A DNA stretch of 64,000 bases, taken from positions 863-64,862 of the forward strand of contig QZJF01000016.1 in assembly GCA_003599255.1 (NCBI GenBank), written 5' to 3'. This stretch comes from a candidate division WWE3 bacterium. Lineage in GTDB: Bacteria > Patescibacteriota > WWE3 > UBA101185 > UBA10185. The position numbers and the translations under genes were made by a program. Of this stretch, positions 47,328 through 57,830 are shown piece by piece (within the stretch, counting starts at the first letter, position 1; each line of letters starts with the position of its first letter). Under the pieces are notes generated by a model that was not told the DNA's origin, ran no database searches, and worked only from the letters and a program-made list of their open reading frames with translations.

Positions 47328-48401
47328 GTGTTTATAAAGAAGAATAAAGGAAAAAAGAAAGTTGCGATAGGTTTAAGCGGCGGAGTCGATTCGTCGGTTG
47401 CTGCGTATCTACTAAAGGAACAGGGATTTGAAGTTGTAGGCGTGTATATGCAGTGTTGGGATGAAAAGGCCGACGGGTGTGTCGCTGATGTCGATAGAAG
47501 CTTTGCAGTAGCTACAGCCGCGTCTCTGGGGATAAAATTTATTCATCTGGACTTTAAAGATAGATACAAGTCCAAAGTCATTGATTATTTTTATTCCGAG
47601 TATGAGCATGGGCGCACCCCTAATCCTGATGTATTGTGTAATAAAGAAATTAAGTTTGGGCTTTTTTACGATTGGGCACTTGAAAAGGGTTACGATTTTG
47701 TAGCTACGGGACACTATGCGCGCGTCGAGACCGGAAACAATGAAATCCTTTTGAAAAGAGGAATAGATGAATCTAAAGATCAATCCTACTTTTTATATTT
47801 GTTAGAACAGAGGCATTTAGAAAAGGTTATTTTTCCGGTGGGTAATCACACAAAGGCTGAAATCAGAGAAATTGCAAAAAACACCAACTTGCCCCCTGCT
47901 AAGCGCCCTGAGAGTATGGGAATTTGTTTCATAGGGGAGGTTGATATTAAAGATTTTTTAAAAAAGAGGATTGAAGAGAGGAAAGGAGAGGTTATTTTTA
48001 AGGATGGTGAGAATATTGGAGAACATGACGGGGTTTGGTTCTACACAATAGGGCAACGTCACGGGTTTAGGGTAAATAAATACTTCGGAACGCCATTATA
48101 TGTTTTATCAAAGGATATGACACGCAACACGCTGACTGTGGGCAGGTATGATGATGCGTTATCAGAGGCTTTTGAAATAAGTGATATACACTGGATAGGC
48201 AAAAATTACCTGTCTGATTGTAAAGATTTGAAGTGCGATGTAAGAATAAGGCACTTGGGAGAGATTATTAATTGTAATTTGGTAATGATTGAGTCCGGAT
48301 TTCGCGTTGAGTTGACTAAACCGGTCTTTGCTGTTGCACCCGGACAGAGTGCCGTTTTCTATAAAGACGATGTGGTCTTGGGCGGTGGTGTAATAGTCTG
48401 A
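47328..48401 (+). CDS. mnmA: tRNA-specific 2-thiouridylase MnmA
   Basis: PP-loop SGGVDSS and catalytic Cys region. 357 aa. GTG start. Confidence 0.9.
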   Translation: MFIKKNKGKKKVAIGLSGGVDSSVAAYLLKEQGFEVVGVYMQCWDEKADGCVADVDRSFAVATAASLGIKFIHLDFKDRYKSKVIDYFYSEYEHGRTPNPDVLCNKEIKFGLFYDWALEKGYDFVATGHYARVETGNNEILLKRGIDESKDQSYFLYLLEQRHLEKVIFPVGNHTKAEIREIAKNTNLPPAKRPESMGICFIGEVDIKDFLKKRIEERKGEVIFKDGENIGEHDGVWFYTIGQRHGFRVNKYFGTPLYVLSKDMTRNTLTVGRYDDALSEAFEISDIHWIGKNYLSDCKDLKCDVRIRHLGEIINCNLVMIESGFRVELTKPVFAVAPGQSAVFYKDDVVLGGGVIV

Positions 48402-48403
48402 AC

Positions 48404-50785
48404 TTAGTTGGTATTAAAAGTCGCGGATCTGACTATGATTTTGTTTTTCCATTTTCCTTTTGTATCAATTTTTACAGTTATATTTCTGATTTCTTCAAGA
48501 TTATTATTTGCATCCAAAGACCTGAAAAATACCTCTACGATACCGTCTTGACCTATTGTTACAGGTAAATTGTATTCTTTCCATTCACTATCTTTGCCGA
48601 CTTTATAAAGGATGGTTGCATTCTCAACATTATTCTGTTCAGAAAGAGTTAAAACGGGGTATTCAGTAAACCATTCGTCCGTTTGTATACCGGTAATTTG
48701 AAACAAGGTAACAGGAGGTAACGAGTCATTATTTAGTCCAAATGCAGCAAAATGGCTTAGATGGTTGGTCTCAGTGCTGATTTTATTGTTTAAGGAATCA
48801 AATATTGTTTCCATGGGAATCCATCTTAAGCCGTTTTCATCTAAGTAGTATATCTTCAGCGTGTCCGGAAGAATGTCGTGCAAGTCTATTCCTGAGATGT
48901 CCAGTGTAATTTTTAATATACCGGACAAAATAGTTATCTTGTTTCCCACAGTATCGAAGAAATCCAAGAAAGCCGAGGTGGAGGGAACGTACTTAAGTTC
49001 TTTTTGCGAATCATCAAGAGTAGGTTTATTTCCGGATTGCAATAGTATCGTACCGGGTAATGTAGAGTTTAGGTTTGTATAGTGTATCTCTTTATTGTCC
49101 ATCGTTATGGTTTTGTCTATTCCGGGTACGACGAACTCGGAAGTATTATGTATATCGTGTTGCCACAAGTATCTACTTCTATTACCTGTTCTTAAAAGGC
49201 TTTCGTCCTGCCATGAGAATTCTTTCCATGGATCGGATAGATTGTTTGTTAACCAGCCAAACGGGTCAACCCGCCCGTCAATGACGTTATCGCTAAAGGT
49301 GCCATTAAAATTTTTGTCCTGTAATACAGCAAAATGTAAGTGGGGTCCAGTCGTGTTTCCGGTTAAACCAACCTTTCCTATTGTCGTACCGGTGTCAATC
49401 CAAACCTTTGTGTTAGTGGTGATAAGTTCGTCCTGTTGAAGATGCATGTATGTTGTTCTGTATCCGTTTTGGTGATCAATATGAATTGTATGTCCACATG
49501 CAAAACAATAATAGTAAGTTGCATATCCCGGAGCCGGCGCTTTGATGGGTGTTCCATACGGAAGCGCAAAGTCTATTCCGTCATGACTACTATAAAAGAG
49601 TCTGGGTTGGGGAGCTCTTTCCCCCCAAAAGTTCAGAGTAGTATTTTTTGATGCGTCCGGTTCAGGCATGCCAGTTCCTAAGAATGGGTACTCGTGGTCA
49701 AAAAATGAGTACACTTTGTCGATAAGTTCGTTTTCGTCGCTGTATTCCCAGGGTATTTCCAGAAAACTAAACTTATCATACGAATCTTGCGGTACTGTGT
49801 ATTTATATACTCCGGAATCCAAGGTGGAGAAGTAGATGAATCCTGGGTATGAAAATACCCATGTTGCGTCGGAGCCAGTTGTACCGGAGTACGGAAGATT
49901 AAGTCCTGTATCCTCCCAGCTCACTCCTTCGTCAGAGCTTCGAAAGACCGTAAATGCATTTGAGTTGGGACTTATAGTTCCAATATAAATATCGTGTCTG
50001 TATTTTGTCATACCTCCAATGCGATGATTTTCAAAATTTTCCAATTTTTGCCAACTTTTCCCTTGGTCTATTGACCTATACAATCCGTCATTGTTGAATG
50101 TACCGATCATTGCCGTTGTTTGGTCAATATATCCGGACCTGATTATCTTGCCCGATAATTCGGGGACATCTGTCCAACTTTGGCCTTTGTCATGAGATTT
50201 GTATACCTTGTTGTTTGTCGCGACCAGTGTGAAATCTTTTGAAGTCAGAATCATTTCAATTTTTGGCCCATACCATCCTGTTCCAATCATTTGTGTCCAG
50301 GTAGTTCCTTCGTCAGATGATACCCATAATCCGTTGCTGTATGTTCCCAAATATATTGTGCTTTCATCTCTGCCGATTTTAGAGGCAGAAACGTTAGGGC
50401 CGGTATGTATCCAAACACCCCCAGGATTCTGTGAGAAAAACAATCCTGTCTGTGAATTGACTACATTGTATGTTGTTGCGTAAACAATCCCTTGTTGATA
50501 ATTGAGATCCGTCACGCCCCTTTCGCTCAGAGAAAGGTCTGTCCAGGTTTCTCCGCTGTCATAAGAAATCTTTATACCGTTAAAACTATTACGATATACG
50601 CTTGTATTGTTTTCTCCAAGCATAAGGCCCCATTTCGTATTCTCTACGCTTGAAACGTAGGGAATATTAATAACGTGTTTCCAGGAAGGCTCCGCATTTG
50701 TTGCAGGACTGTAGAAATAAAATATCCACATAAGGAATACAAAACACGTAATTACAAATCGACTTATTCGGGTAAAGTTTTTCAT
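48404..50785 (-). CDS. secreted multidomain protein: BNR/Asp-box repeat beta-propeller plus M23 (LytM-type) metallopeptidase domain
   Basis: Signal peptide. Five S-x-D-x-G-x-(T/S)-W Asp-boxes (SYDSGETW, SSDEGTTW, SHDKGQSW, SIDQGKSW, SSDEGVSW). M23 motifs H...D and GPHLHF. Confidence 0.7.
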   Translation of the reverse strand: MKNFTRISRFVITCFVFLMWIFYFYSPATNAEPSWKHVINIPYVSSVENTKWGLMLGENNTSVYRNSFNGIKISYDSGETWTDLSLSERGVTDLNYQQGIVYATTYNVVNSQTGLFFSQNPGGVWIHTGPNVSASKIGRDESTIYLGTYSNGLWVSSDEGTTWTQMIGTGWYGPKIEMILTSKDFTLVATNNKVYKSHDKGQSWTDVPELSGKIIRSGYIDQTTAMIGTFNNDGLYRSIDQGKSWQKLENFENHRIGGMTKYRHDIYIGTISPNSNAFTVFRSSDEGVSWEDTGLNLPYSGTTGSDATWVFSYPGFIYFSTLDSGVYKYTVPQDSYDKFSFLEIPWEYSDENELIDKVYSFFDHEYPFLGTGMPEPDASKNTTLNFWGERAPQPRLFYSSHDGIDFALPYGTPIKAPAPGYATYYYCFACGHTIHIDHQNGYRTTYMHLQQDELITTNTKVWIDTGTTIGKVGLTGNTTGPHLHFAVLQDKNFNGTFSDNVIDGRVDPFGWLTNNLSDPWKEFSWQDESLLRTGNRSRYLWQHDIHNTSEFVVPGIDKTITMDNKEIHYTNLNSTLPGTILLQSGNKPTLDDSQKELKYVPSTSAFLDFFDTVGNKITILSGILKITLDISGIDLHDILPDTLKIYYLDENGLRWIPMETIFDSLNNKISTETNHLSHFAAFGLNNDSLPPVTLFQITGIQTDEWFTEYPVLTLSEQNNVENATILYKVGKDSEWKEYNLPVTIGQDGIVEVFFRSLDANNNLEEIRNITVKIDTKGKWKNKIIVRSATFNTN

Positions 50786-50879
50786 AGACCCAACATAGTC
50801 GAGTCGGTATTTAATTAAAATATGGTTTCGGCTACTTTACTTGGAGAAGTGTTTTTTCCTGTGTTCCAGCCATTTTCAG

Positions 50880-50908
50880 TTGACCGAACCTATAGTATAT
50901 AGTATAAT
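50880..50908 (+). promoter_or_regulatory. consensus sigma70 promoter TTGACC-17-TATAAT upstream of the GC-rich gene
   Basis: Read directly. Followed by AAGGAGAG SD and ATG at 50956. Confidence 0.5.
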
Positions 50909-50955
50909 TACCTTATCAAAAGTTCTTTTAATCAGCATAGAAAAAAAGGAGAGAC

Positions 50956-51918
50956 ATGTACCAGTTTTATTTCCCGTATCAGTACGAACGCCTGCAGGCA
51001 ATTCGGCGGATGACGAATGTTCTGATCGTCATTGCCATTTTGCTTGCTGCCCATCTCTTCGTCACCCTGTTCGATGTGACCGGCGATGAAGTCATCGGGT
51101 TTGCGCGCAACGCGTATGCCTGGGTGGGAGATCAACTTTCACAGGCCATTAATGATGTGCGCGCCGCAGATACGGTGATCGCAGAGGAGGCCAATCCAAC
51201 CCAGAGTGCCGAACTTTATATGAATGTTCACAACTTTGAGGATGGTGAAGATACGCTCTACTACATGCAGCCTGAGGCGGTTGAGGACATCATGAAATAC
51301 AATGAGATCGGACTGCCCGAGCCCACATACGTAGGTCGTGATGACTTTGACCTCTTGGTTCCCCATTACGCATACCGGGAGCTTCCACTGGCTGAAACTT
51401 GGGTCGTCAACAAATCGCAATTCCCGTGGTTATGGGTAAACCCCATTGACCATTTCAACGCCGACGACGAACCCTATGTTTCCTGGCAGATTGGCACATA
51501 CATGGATGGGCAGGTGTTCACCGTGGTTGACTCGGAGTCTGAGGGTTATTACGAACTCAGATGGACCGCGACTGATGGTGAGCACGTGCAAATGGTTCCG
51601 GATAACAACATGTTCAAAATCTCCACCTGTGACCAGATCGGCAACTTTCCTAATAAGTTTGCTGCTTATATTCAGGTTAAAGACGACGGCATGTTGGTTT
51701 TCCATGAGCCCGCAGGGGAACCTGTCTTCTCAATGCACGCTGTATCCTGCGGATATGGAGCATACTACCTTGCGTGGGATGCACCTTTGAGGATACCGTT
51801 TGGCGTCATTGAGCCTGACTCACTCCTTAAGTACTACTGGCACAACCAGATGATGTGTCGGGAATATTATTGGAATCAGGGACTTTGTTGGTCTTACGAG
51901 ACAGACGTCGCCCGCTGA
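50956..51918 (+). CDS. hypothetical Cys-containing exported protein encoded by an anomalously GC-rich (~50%) gene; probable horizontal acquisition
   Basis: 320 aa. N-terminal TM/signal anchor. Codon usage (CGC, CTG, GGC) unlike neighbouring genes. Confidence 0.5.
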   Translation: MYQFYFPYQYERLQAIRRMTNVLIVIAILLAAHLFVTLFDVTGDEVIGFARNAYAWVGDQLSQAINDVRAADTVIAEEANPTQSAELYMNVHNFEDGEDTLYYMQPEAVEDIMKYNEIGLPEPTYVGRDDFDLLVPHYAYRELPLAETWVVNKSQFPWLWVNPIDHFNADDEPYVSWQIGTYMDGQVFTVVDSESEGYYELRWTATDGEHVQMVPDNNMFKISTCDQIGNFPNKFAAYIQVKDDGMLVFHEPAGEPVFSMHAVSCGYGAYYLAWDAPLRIPFGVIEPDSLLKYYWHNQMMCREYYWNQGLCWSYETDVAR

Positions 51919-52018
51919 TTCCTGCTATGCTGACCGACCGGGGTCCGAGAGAAAGATCTTTTTTCACTCTTGGGCTCCGGTTTTCAGTTTCCAGACTCTT
52001 TTACTGTATAATACTCAC

Positions 52019-53338
52019 GTGAATCAGCTAATTTCAAAAATTAAAGAACACAATAAAGACCTTAAAAACAGGGAAATAGAGGGTATTTTGTACCTGCTGA
52101 TCTCTAATCATGGTATCTCGAGCATGGATTTGATAAAAGCAACCGGATTACCCAAAGAAACTTTGAGAATTTTTAAAACTTCCATTTCGCATTTACTTGA
52201 AAAAAATGATGAGGATAGACTGCAATTTACGGAAGAGAGTCTAAAAGTACTTAGGGAGTCCAATCTTCGTCCATATGATTGGAGTACTGTGAAATATGCA
52301 AACGCAGCCGCTGAAGCCGGGCTCGTTGACATAAGGAAAAAATATAAACTGCAGCCTAAGAGGGAGTTTGATCAGTTTTTTGCTACCGAAAGCACTTCAA
52401 TAGCCAAAACGATGGTGATGGAAAATAAATTAGGTCTGGAAAATAAAGATGTAGTGCTTCTTGGAGACGACGATCTAATTTCTATAGCACTTCCGTTGTT
52501 GGGAATTAAGCCAAAGAGCGTAACAGTGCTGGATATAGACAAGGATTTGCTTTCCGTTATAGAGGACATAACCGCCGATATGGGTATAAACAATACCCAC
52601 ACCTCTGTATACGATTTCAGAAAGGACCCTGACAAAAATCTTTTAAATAAATTTGATGTAGTTGTAACTGATCCGCCATATACATCGTCAGGCGTAAAGT
52701 TATTTTTAAACAGAGGGGTTCAGTTGCTCAAGAAAAAAGACGATCACTCTGGGAGTTACATTTTCTTTTATTATGGAAACAGTTTCAAATCACCGGAAAA
52801 GACTTTAAAAGTTCAGGACATTATAGGTAGATTCAATTTGGTAATTGAAGACAAGATAGACAAGTTTGCGCGGTACAATGGGGCGGAGTCTATAGGCAGC
52901 GCCAGTTCTTTGTATGTTCTTAAGTCCACATCAAGTACCTTTGAACTCAGTGACTTATCGGATTATTCCGATATTTATACGTACTCGTCAACTTCCGAAG
53001 AAAAGTTTCCGTACGTGGATCACTTTACCTTCAAGCTGTATAACGTTCCTGCGAACATGCTGAAATCAAAAACCGCTATTTTCAAGGCTGCCGGAGATTT
53101 TTGCACAAGACACAAGTTAAAGGTTGTTGACCAAAAGGTTACGAAGTTTAAAGGACAGGGGTTAACAGTAACCTATGTGCTTTCAAATTCAAACCTCTTG
53201 CTTCATACCTGGCCTGAGCACGGAGCACTGCATGTGGATCTTGTAACCTGTTCTCCCATATATGATAAGGAAGGACTTTCATACACTCTCATGAAGGTAT
53301 TCGGAGCTAAATCCATAGATACTAGGAAAATTGAATAA
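52019..53338 (+). CDS. putative bifunctional polyamine enzyme: aminopropyl/methyl-transferase-like domain (GDDDL, DPPYT motifs; DUF43/BpsA-like, tentative) fused to C-terminal S-adenosylmethionine decarboxylase (SpeH-type)
   Basis: C-terminal HFTFKLYNV ... LLLHTWPEHGALHVDLVTC matches the SpeH hallmark HTWPE...D.FTC. Middle region has VLLGDDDLIS and VVVTDPPYT. GTG start. Confidence 0.55.
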   Translation: MNQLISKIKEHNKDLKNREIEGILYLLISNHGISSMDLIKATGLPKETLRIFKTSISHLLEKNDEDRLQFTEESLKVLRESNLRPYDWSTVKYANAAAEAGLVDIRKKYKLQPKREFDQFFATESTSIAKTMVMENKLGLENKDVVLLGDDDLISIALPLLGIKPKSVTVLDIDKDLLSVIEDITADMGINNTHTSVYDFRKDPDKNLLNKFDVVVTDPPYTSSGVKLFLNRGVQLLKKKDDHSGSYIFFYYGNSFKSPEKTLKVQDIIGRFNLVIEDKIDKFARYNGAESIGSASSLYVLKSTSSTFELSDLSDYSDIYTYSSTSEEKFPYVDHFTFKLYNVPANMLKSKTAIFKAAGDFCTRHKLKVVDQKVTKFKGQGLTVTYVLSNSNLLLHTWPEHGALHVDLVTCSPIYDKEGLSYTLMKVFGAKSIDTRKIE

Positions 53339-53554
53339 AGGTTGTTATAATGAACAGGAATAACTGTTGACTTAATGATATTAAGTTGCTATCTTCCAGT
53401 TTGCTAGCAAATATATGCTAGAATTATTCGTTGTTTTGTTAATTCCGAAGAGAACTTTGAAATATACATAGATAGAGCAATCCTTGAACAATTAGTTTGA
53501 GTACCTTAAGTAACTTTGAAATTTTCGAGGTTCAAGAGGTAAGAAGAATATTTT

Positions 53555-55024
<1,470 letters not shown>

Positions 55025-55253
55025 CTAGGGAGAAAACACGTATCTTTGATTGATGGAATCTTGTGTTTGCTATACGCAAACAAAGGCCATTGAAATAGAA
55101 GATACAACATATATCCGATAGCTCTGAGGATATGTGTTTTAGGCTGTTATGTGTTGCCTCACAACAGCTGAGCAAGTTCGACAGTAAGCTTAAACTGTCA
55201 AAAGAAATATTCTTCTTGCCTTTTGGATCTTGAAATTTATATTGTTTGAAACT

Positions 55254-55622
55254 TTAGGACCTGGCTCTATCTCTGTATTCGTAACCAAGCATAATTAATT
55301 TTTGCTTCTGTTCATCATTTAAGTCTTTCCCGATTTCCTGCAGGAAGTCCTGCAACATTACTCTAATTGATTCTTCCAGATGTGTTTGGATTTCATCCTC
55401 TTTCCAGTATTTTTTAATAACCTGAGTTAATTCTTCAATATTGGCTGTTGGTGTAAAAATTTCATCAGAGCCTATTTTAGATTTAGTATCAGCCCCAAGT
55501 CTTAGAACAGCATTCCTGAATATCTTATCTGCAACATCTGTGGAAACTTCGTCTGCATTGTCAATTCCAATGCCGTTTAATAAATCAAACAAAAATTGTT
55601 TTAAAAGATTTTGATCATTCAT
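55254..55622 (-). CDS. hypothetical protein (antisense to rRNA orientation, in 16S-23S interval)
   Basis: 122-aa ORF whose start overlaps the upstream ORF stop (ATGA coupling). Confidence 0.35.
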   Translation of the reverse strand: MNDQNLLKQFLFDLLNGIGIDNADEVSTDVADKIFRNAVLRLGADTKSKIGSDEIFTPTANIEELTQVIKKYWKEDEIQTHLEESIRVMLQDFLQEIGKDLNDEQKQKLIMLGYEYRDRARS

Positions 55623-56035
55623 TACGATTCCTTTTCCTGTTGATTTTCAAAATGTTCTGCTGCTCTGCCGAAATATCTCGACATTCCATAGCCTACTGCG
55701 GCGCCGATGCTGCCAGAGATCACTCCGGCAGGGTTCCCGGTCACGGCTCCAATTGGAACTGTACCGGCTGACATGCTTCCCGTAACCAAAGTGCCTTTGC
55801 TTAGCGATTTAGCCAATTTTGCTCTTTCTTCATCTGTTTCTGCCCCTTTCTCAATATACTTTATTGCCATCCCTAATGCCGCTTCATCCATTCTTTCCAG
55901 CCAACCGCCTATAGTTTGCTTAATAGTTTCCATGTTACTAAGTTGTTCGGGTTGGGATATATCCGCAACACTTTCTGTTGCGTCTTCCGCCGAAAAATTC
56001 TCGTGTTCTGCGTCGTCTTTTAAAAACTCACTCAC
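55622..56035 (-). CDS. hypothetical protein with C-terminal glycine-zipper hydrophobic segment
   Basis: Acidic N-terminal half, then GTLVTGSMSAGTVPIGAVTGNPAGVISGSIGAAVGYG (GxxxG repeats). GTG start; start uncertain. Confidence 0.35.
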   Translation of the reverse strand: MSEFLKDDAEHENFSAEDATESVADISQPEQLSNMETIKQTIGGWLERMDEAALGMAIKYIEKGAETDEERAKLAKSLSKGTLVTGSMSAGTVPIGAVTGNPAGVISGSIGAAVGYGMSRYFGRAAEHFENQQEKES

Positions 56036-56109
56036 CTAATTATTATCAAACGGGCGGTAACTGAAGTCAACCGTTGTCGTGACTTGATTTAATGGTGTAA
56101 AATGCACCT

Positions 56110-56529
56110 ATGACAATAACTAATGGTAAAGAAAAAGGAATTGCAGTCGGAGTTGTCAAGAATCCTGCAGGAAAAGTGTTGATAATGGATAGGATAAGAA
56201 AAGAAACCGGTGCTGACGGAAGCAAGCTTACCTGGGTCTTTCCAGGGGGAAAGCTTGACGGTTCCGAAACGTTTGAAGACGCAGTTGTCCGCGAAATTTT
56301 GCTGGAAACAGGGTTTAAGGTAAAAGTTAACAAACTTATCTCCGAAAGAGTTCATCCGCAATTTGAGGTCCCGATCAAATACTTTGCCTGCGAATTAGCC
56401 GAATTTCGGACAAGGCCCATACAGGAAATTCACGAAGTATCAACAATAAGATGGGTAGATGTCTCAGAGCTACGCGATTACTTTACTACGGATATTGATC
56501 CCAACGTCGCGAAGTTTTTAAAGATTTAG
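56110..56529 (+). CDS. NUDIX hydrolase
   Basis: Nudix box GGKLDGSETFEDAVVREILLETG (Gx5Ex7REUxEExGU). Confidence 0.75.
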   Translation: MTITNGKEKGIAVGVVKNPAGKVLIMDRIRKETGADGSKLTWVFPGGKLDGSETFEDAVVREILLETGFKVKVNKLISERVHPQFEVPIKYFACELAEFRTRPIQEIHEVSTIRWVDVSELRDYFTTDIDPNVAKFLKI

Positions 56530-56541
56530 CCTAAATGTTCT

Positions 56542-56564
56542 TGGTGGGCGATCGTGGACTCGAA
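56542..56564. repeat. 23-nt direct repeat identical to the 3' end (T-loop to CCA) of the adjacent tRNA-Ile(GAU); att-site-like duplication
   Basis: tggtgggcgatcgtggactcgaa occurs at 56542-56564 and again at 56613-56635 (the tRNA 3' end on the minus strand). The copies are 48 nt apart. Confidence 0.6.
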
Positions 56565-56612
56565 GACGCTCGCTTCGTTCGCTTGGTTCTCGTTGAGTAG
56601 ACCAAAAGTATA

Positions 56613-56689
56613 TGGTGGGCGATCGTGGACTCGAACCACGGACCTTTCCCTTATCAGAGGAATGCTCTAACCACCTGAGCTAATCGCCC
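56613..56689 (-). tRNA. tRNA-Ile (anticodon GAU), CCA encoded, antisense to the rRNA genes
   Basis: Cloverleaf: GGGCGAT acceptor, anticodon loop CTGATAA, T-loop TTCGAGT. Confidence 0.85.
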
Positions 56690-56765
56690 TAGAAACAGAT
56701 GAATTCTACCATGTGATTTCTCCGGAAGTCTACGCTAGATCAATATATTATGATAACATTTTGGT

Positions 56766-57821
56766 ATGTACAAGCTTTTTGCTTTACTTTTTTTCTCTCT
56801 ACCTCCACTGTTACTATTTGCCATTCTGCTTAGAGTGGACGACAATCTTGGTTTTGGTCTGACAATATATCTGTTTTTGGCAATTCTGCTCCTTTATGTG
56901 ATATTTTTTGTTCTGGTCATTTTTCGCAGTATGTTTCAGATGAAAAAGGAACTCGCCGTAAGCCGTTTCATGAAGCTTCTGTCTGATGAGTTTCACATTG
57001 TATCTAAAAAATACTCTTTTTTTGTCAATTCCTTGTTGTTTTCCTGGTTGGTTGTTTTGGTTTTTATCATGTTTTACACAGTGAGTTTTATGTTTGCGCA
57101 ATATGTGGGAAAGCATTATGGAGATGAGATTAGAAATTTCCTGAAACAGCCTACGGTTAGCACATCGGACTTGTTGAATACAACTGAGGAGATGAAAGAT
57201 GAGTTGCGGGACCTCAAAACAAAGTTTTACGAACAAAATCAGTTAGATTTTTTTTCCAATAATTCTAGTACTTACTCTGAGGAGGAGGCACCTTACATTG
57301 TATTCTTAGATTTCAGCTTCCGCGAGGATTCCTCACCGGGGTTCAAGAGTTATTTTCTGTACTCTGTAAACATCTGTGCCGACGATGATCCGGAAAGTAT
57401 TGGGGTAGAGAGATGTTTGGATATCAGAGGTCCCATGGATTCTGAACTAAAGTTTAAATTCGCAAAGGAAGAAACTGTGTCGAATATTAATTTACGGGAG
57501 ATTTATGCCGCGGATTTTAACCAGCCATTCTTTGTACTCGAAATTGAAACAAATCTTAGGGATGCAGCGGTGCTGGTATATCCTGTCGATACTGATGATC
57601 TAAGCTACTCATACATTCCAAATACCAGTATCAACTCCGAGGCGAAGTTCGCAACATATGTGCAGGTCAATCAAATACAGAACGGTATTGTTTTTCTCGA
57701 ACGTATCAGGGACTTAGTAAACGGAGTAGTTGATGATACCGGAAAAGATCTGCATGTCACTGTTTTTAAAGAGAATGGTATTGTGAACTACCAGTATTCT
57801 CCGGTTAACGTCCAGCCCTAA
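56766..57821 (+). CDS. hypothetical membrane protein
   Basis: 351 aa. Four N-terminal TM segments followed by a soluble domain. Confidence 0.45.
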   Translation: MYKLFALLFFSLPPLLLFAILLRVDDNLGFGLTIYLFLAILLLYVIFFVLVIFRSMFQMKKELAVSRFMKLLSDEFHIVSKKYSFFVNSLLFSWLVVLVFIMFYTVSFMFAQYVGKHYGDEIRNFLKQPTVSTSDLLNTTEEMKDELRDLKTKFYEQNQLDFFSNNSSTYSEEEAPYIVFLDFSFREDSSPGFKSYFLYSVNICADDDPESIGVERCLDIRGPMDSELKFKFAKEETVSNINLREIYAADFNQPFFVLEIETNLRDAAVLVYPVDTDDLSYSYIPNTSINSEAKFATYVQVNQIQNGIVFLERIRDLVNGVVDDTGKDLHVTVFKENGIVNYQYSPVNVQP

Positions 57822-57830
57822 TTTTAATTT

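Noticed and set aside
50841-51135. ORFs 50841-51089 (+) and 50932-51135 (-) around the start of the GC-rich gene
   Set aside because: They overlap the promoter and the better-supported 320-aa ORF. Out of frame with it, with no RBS.
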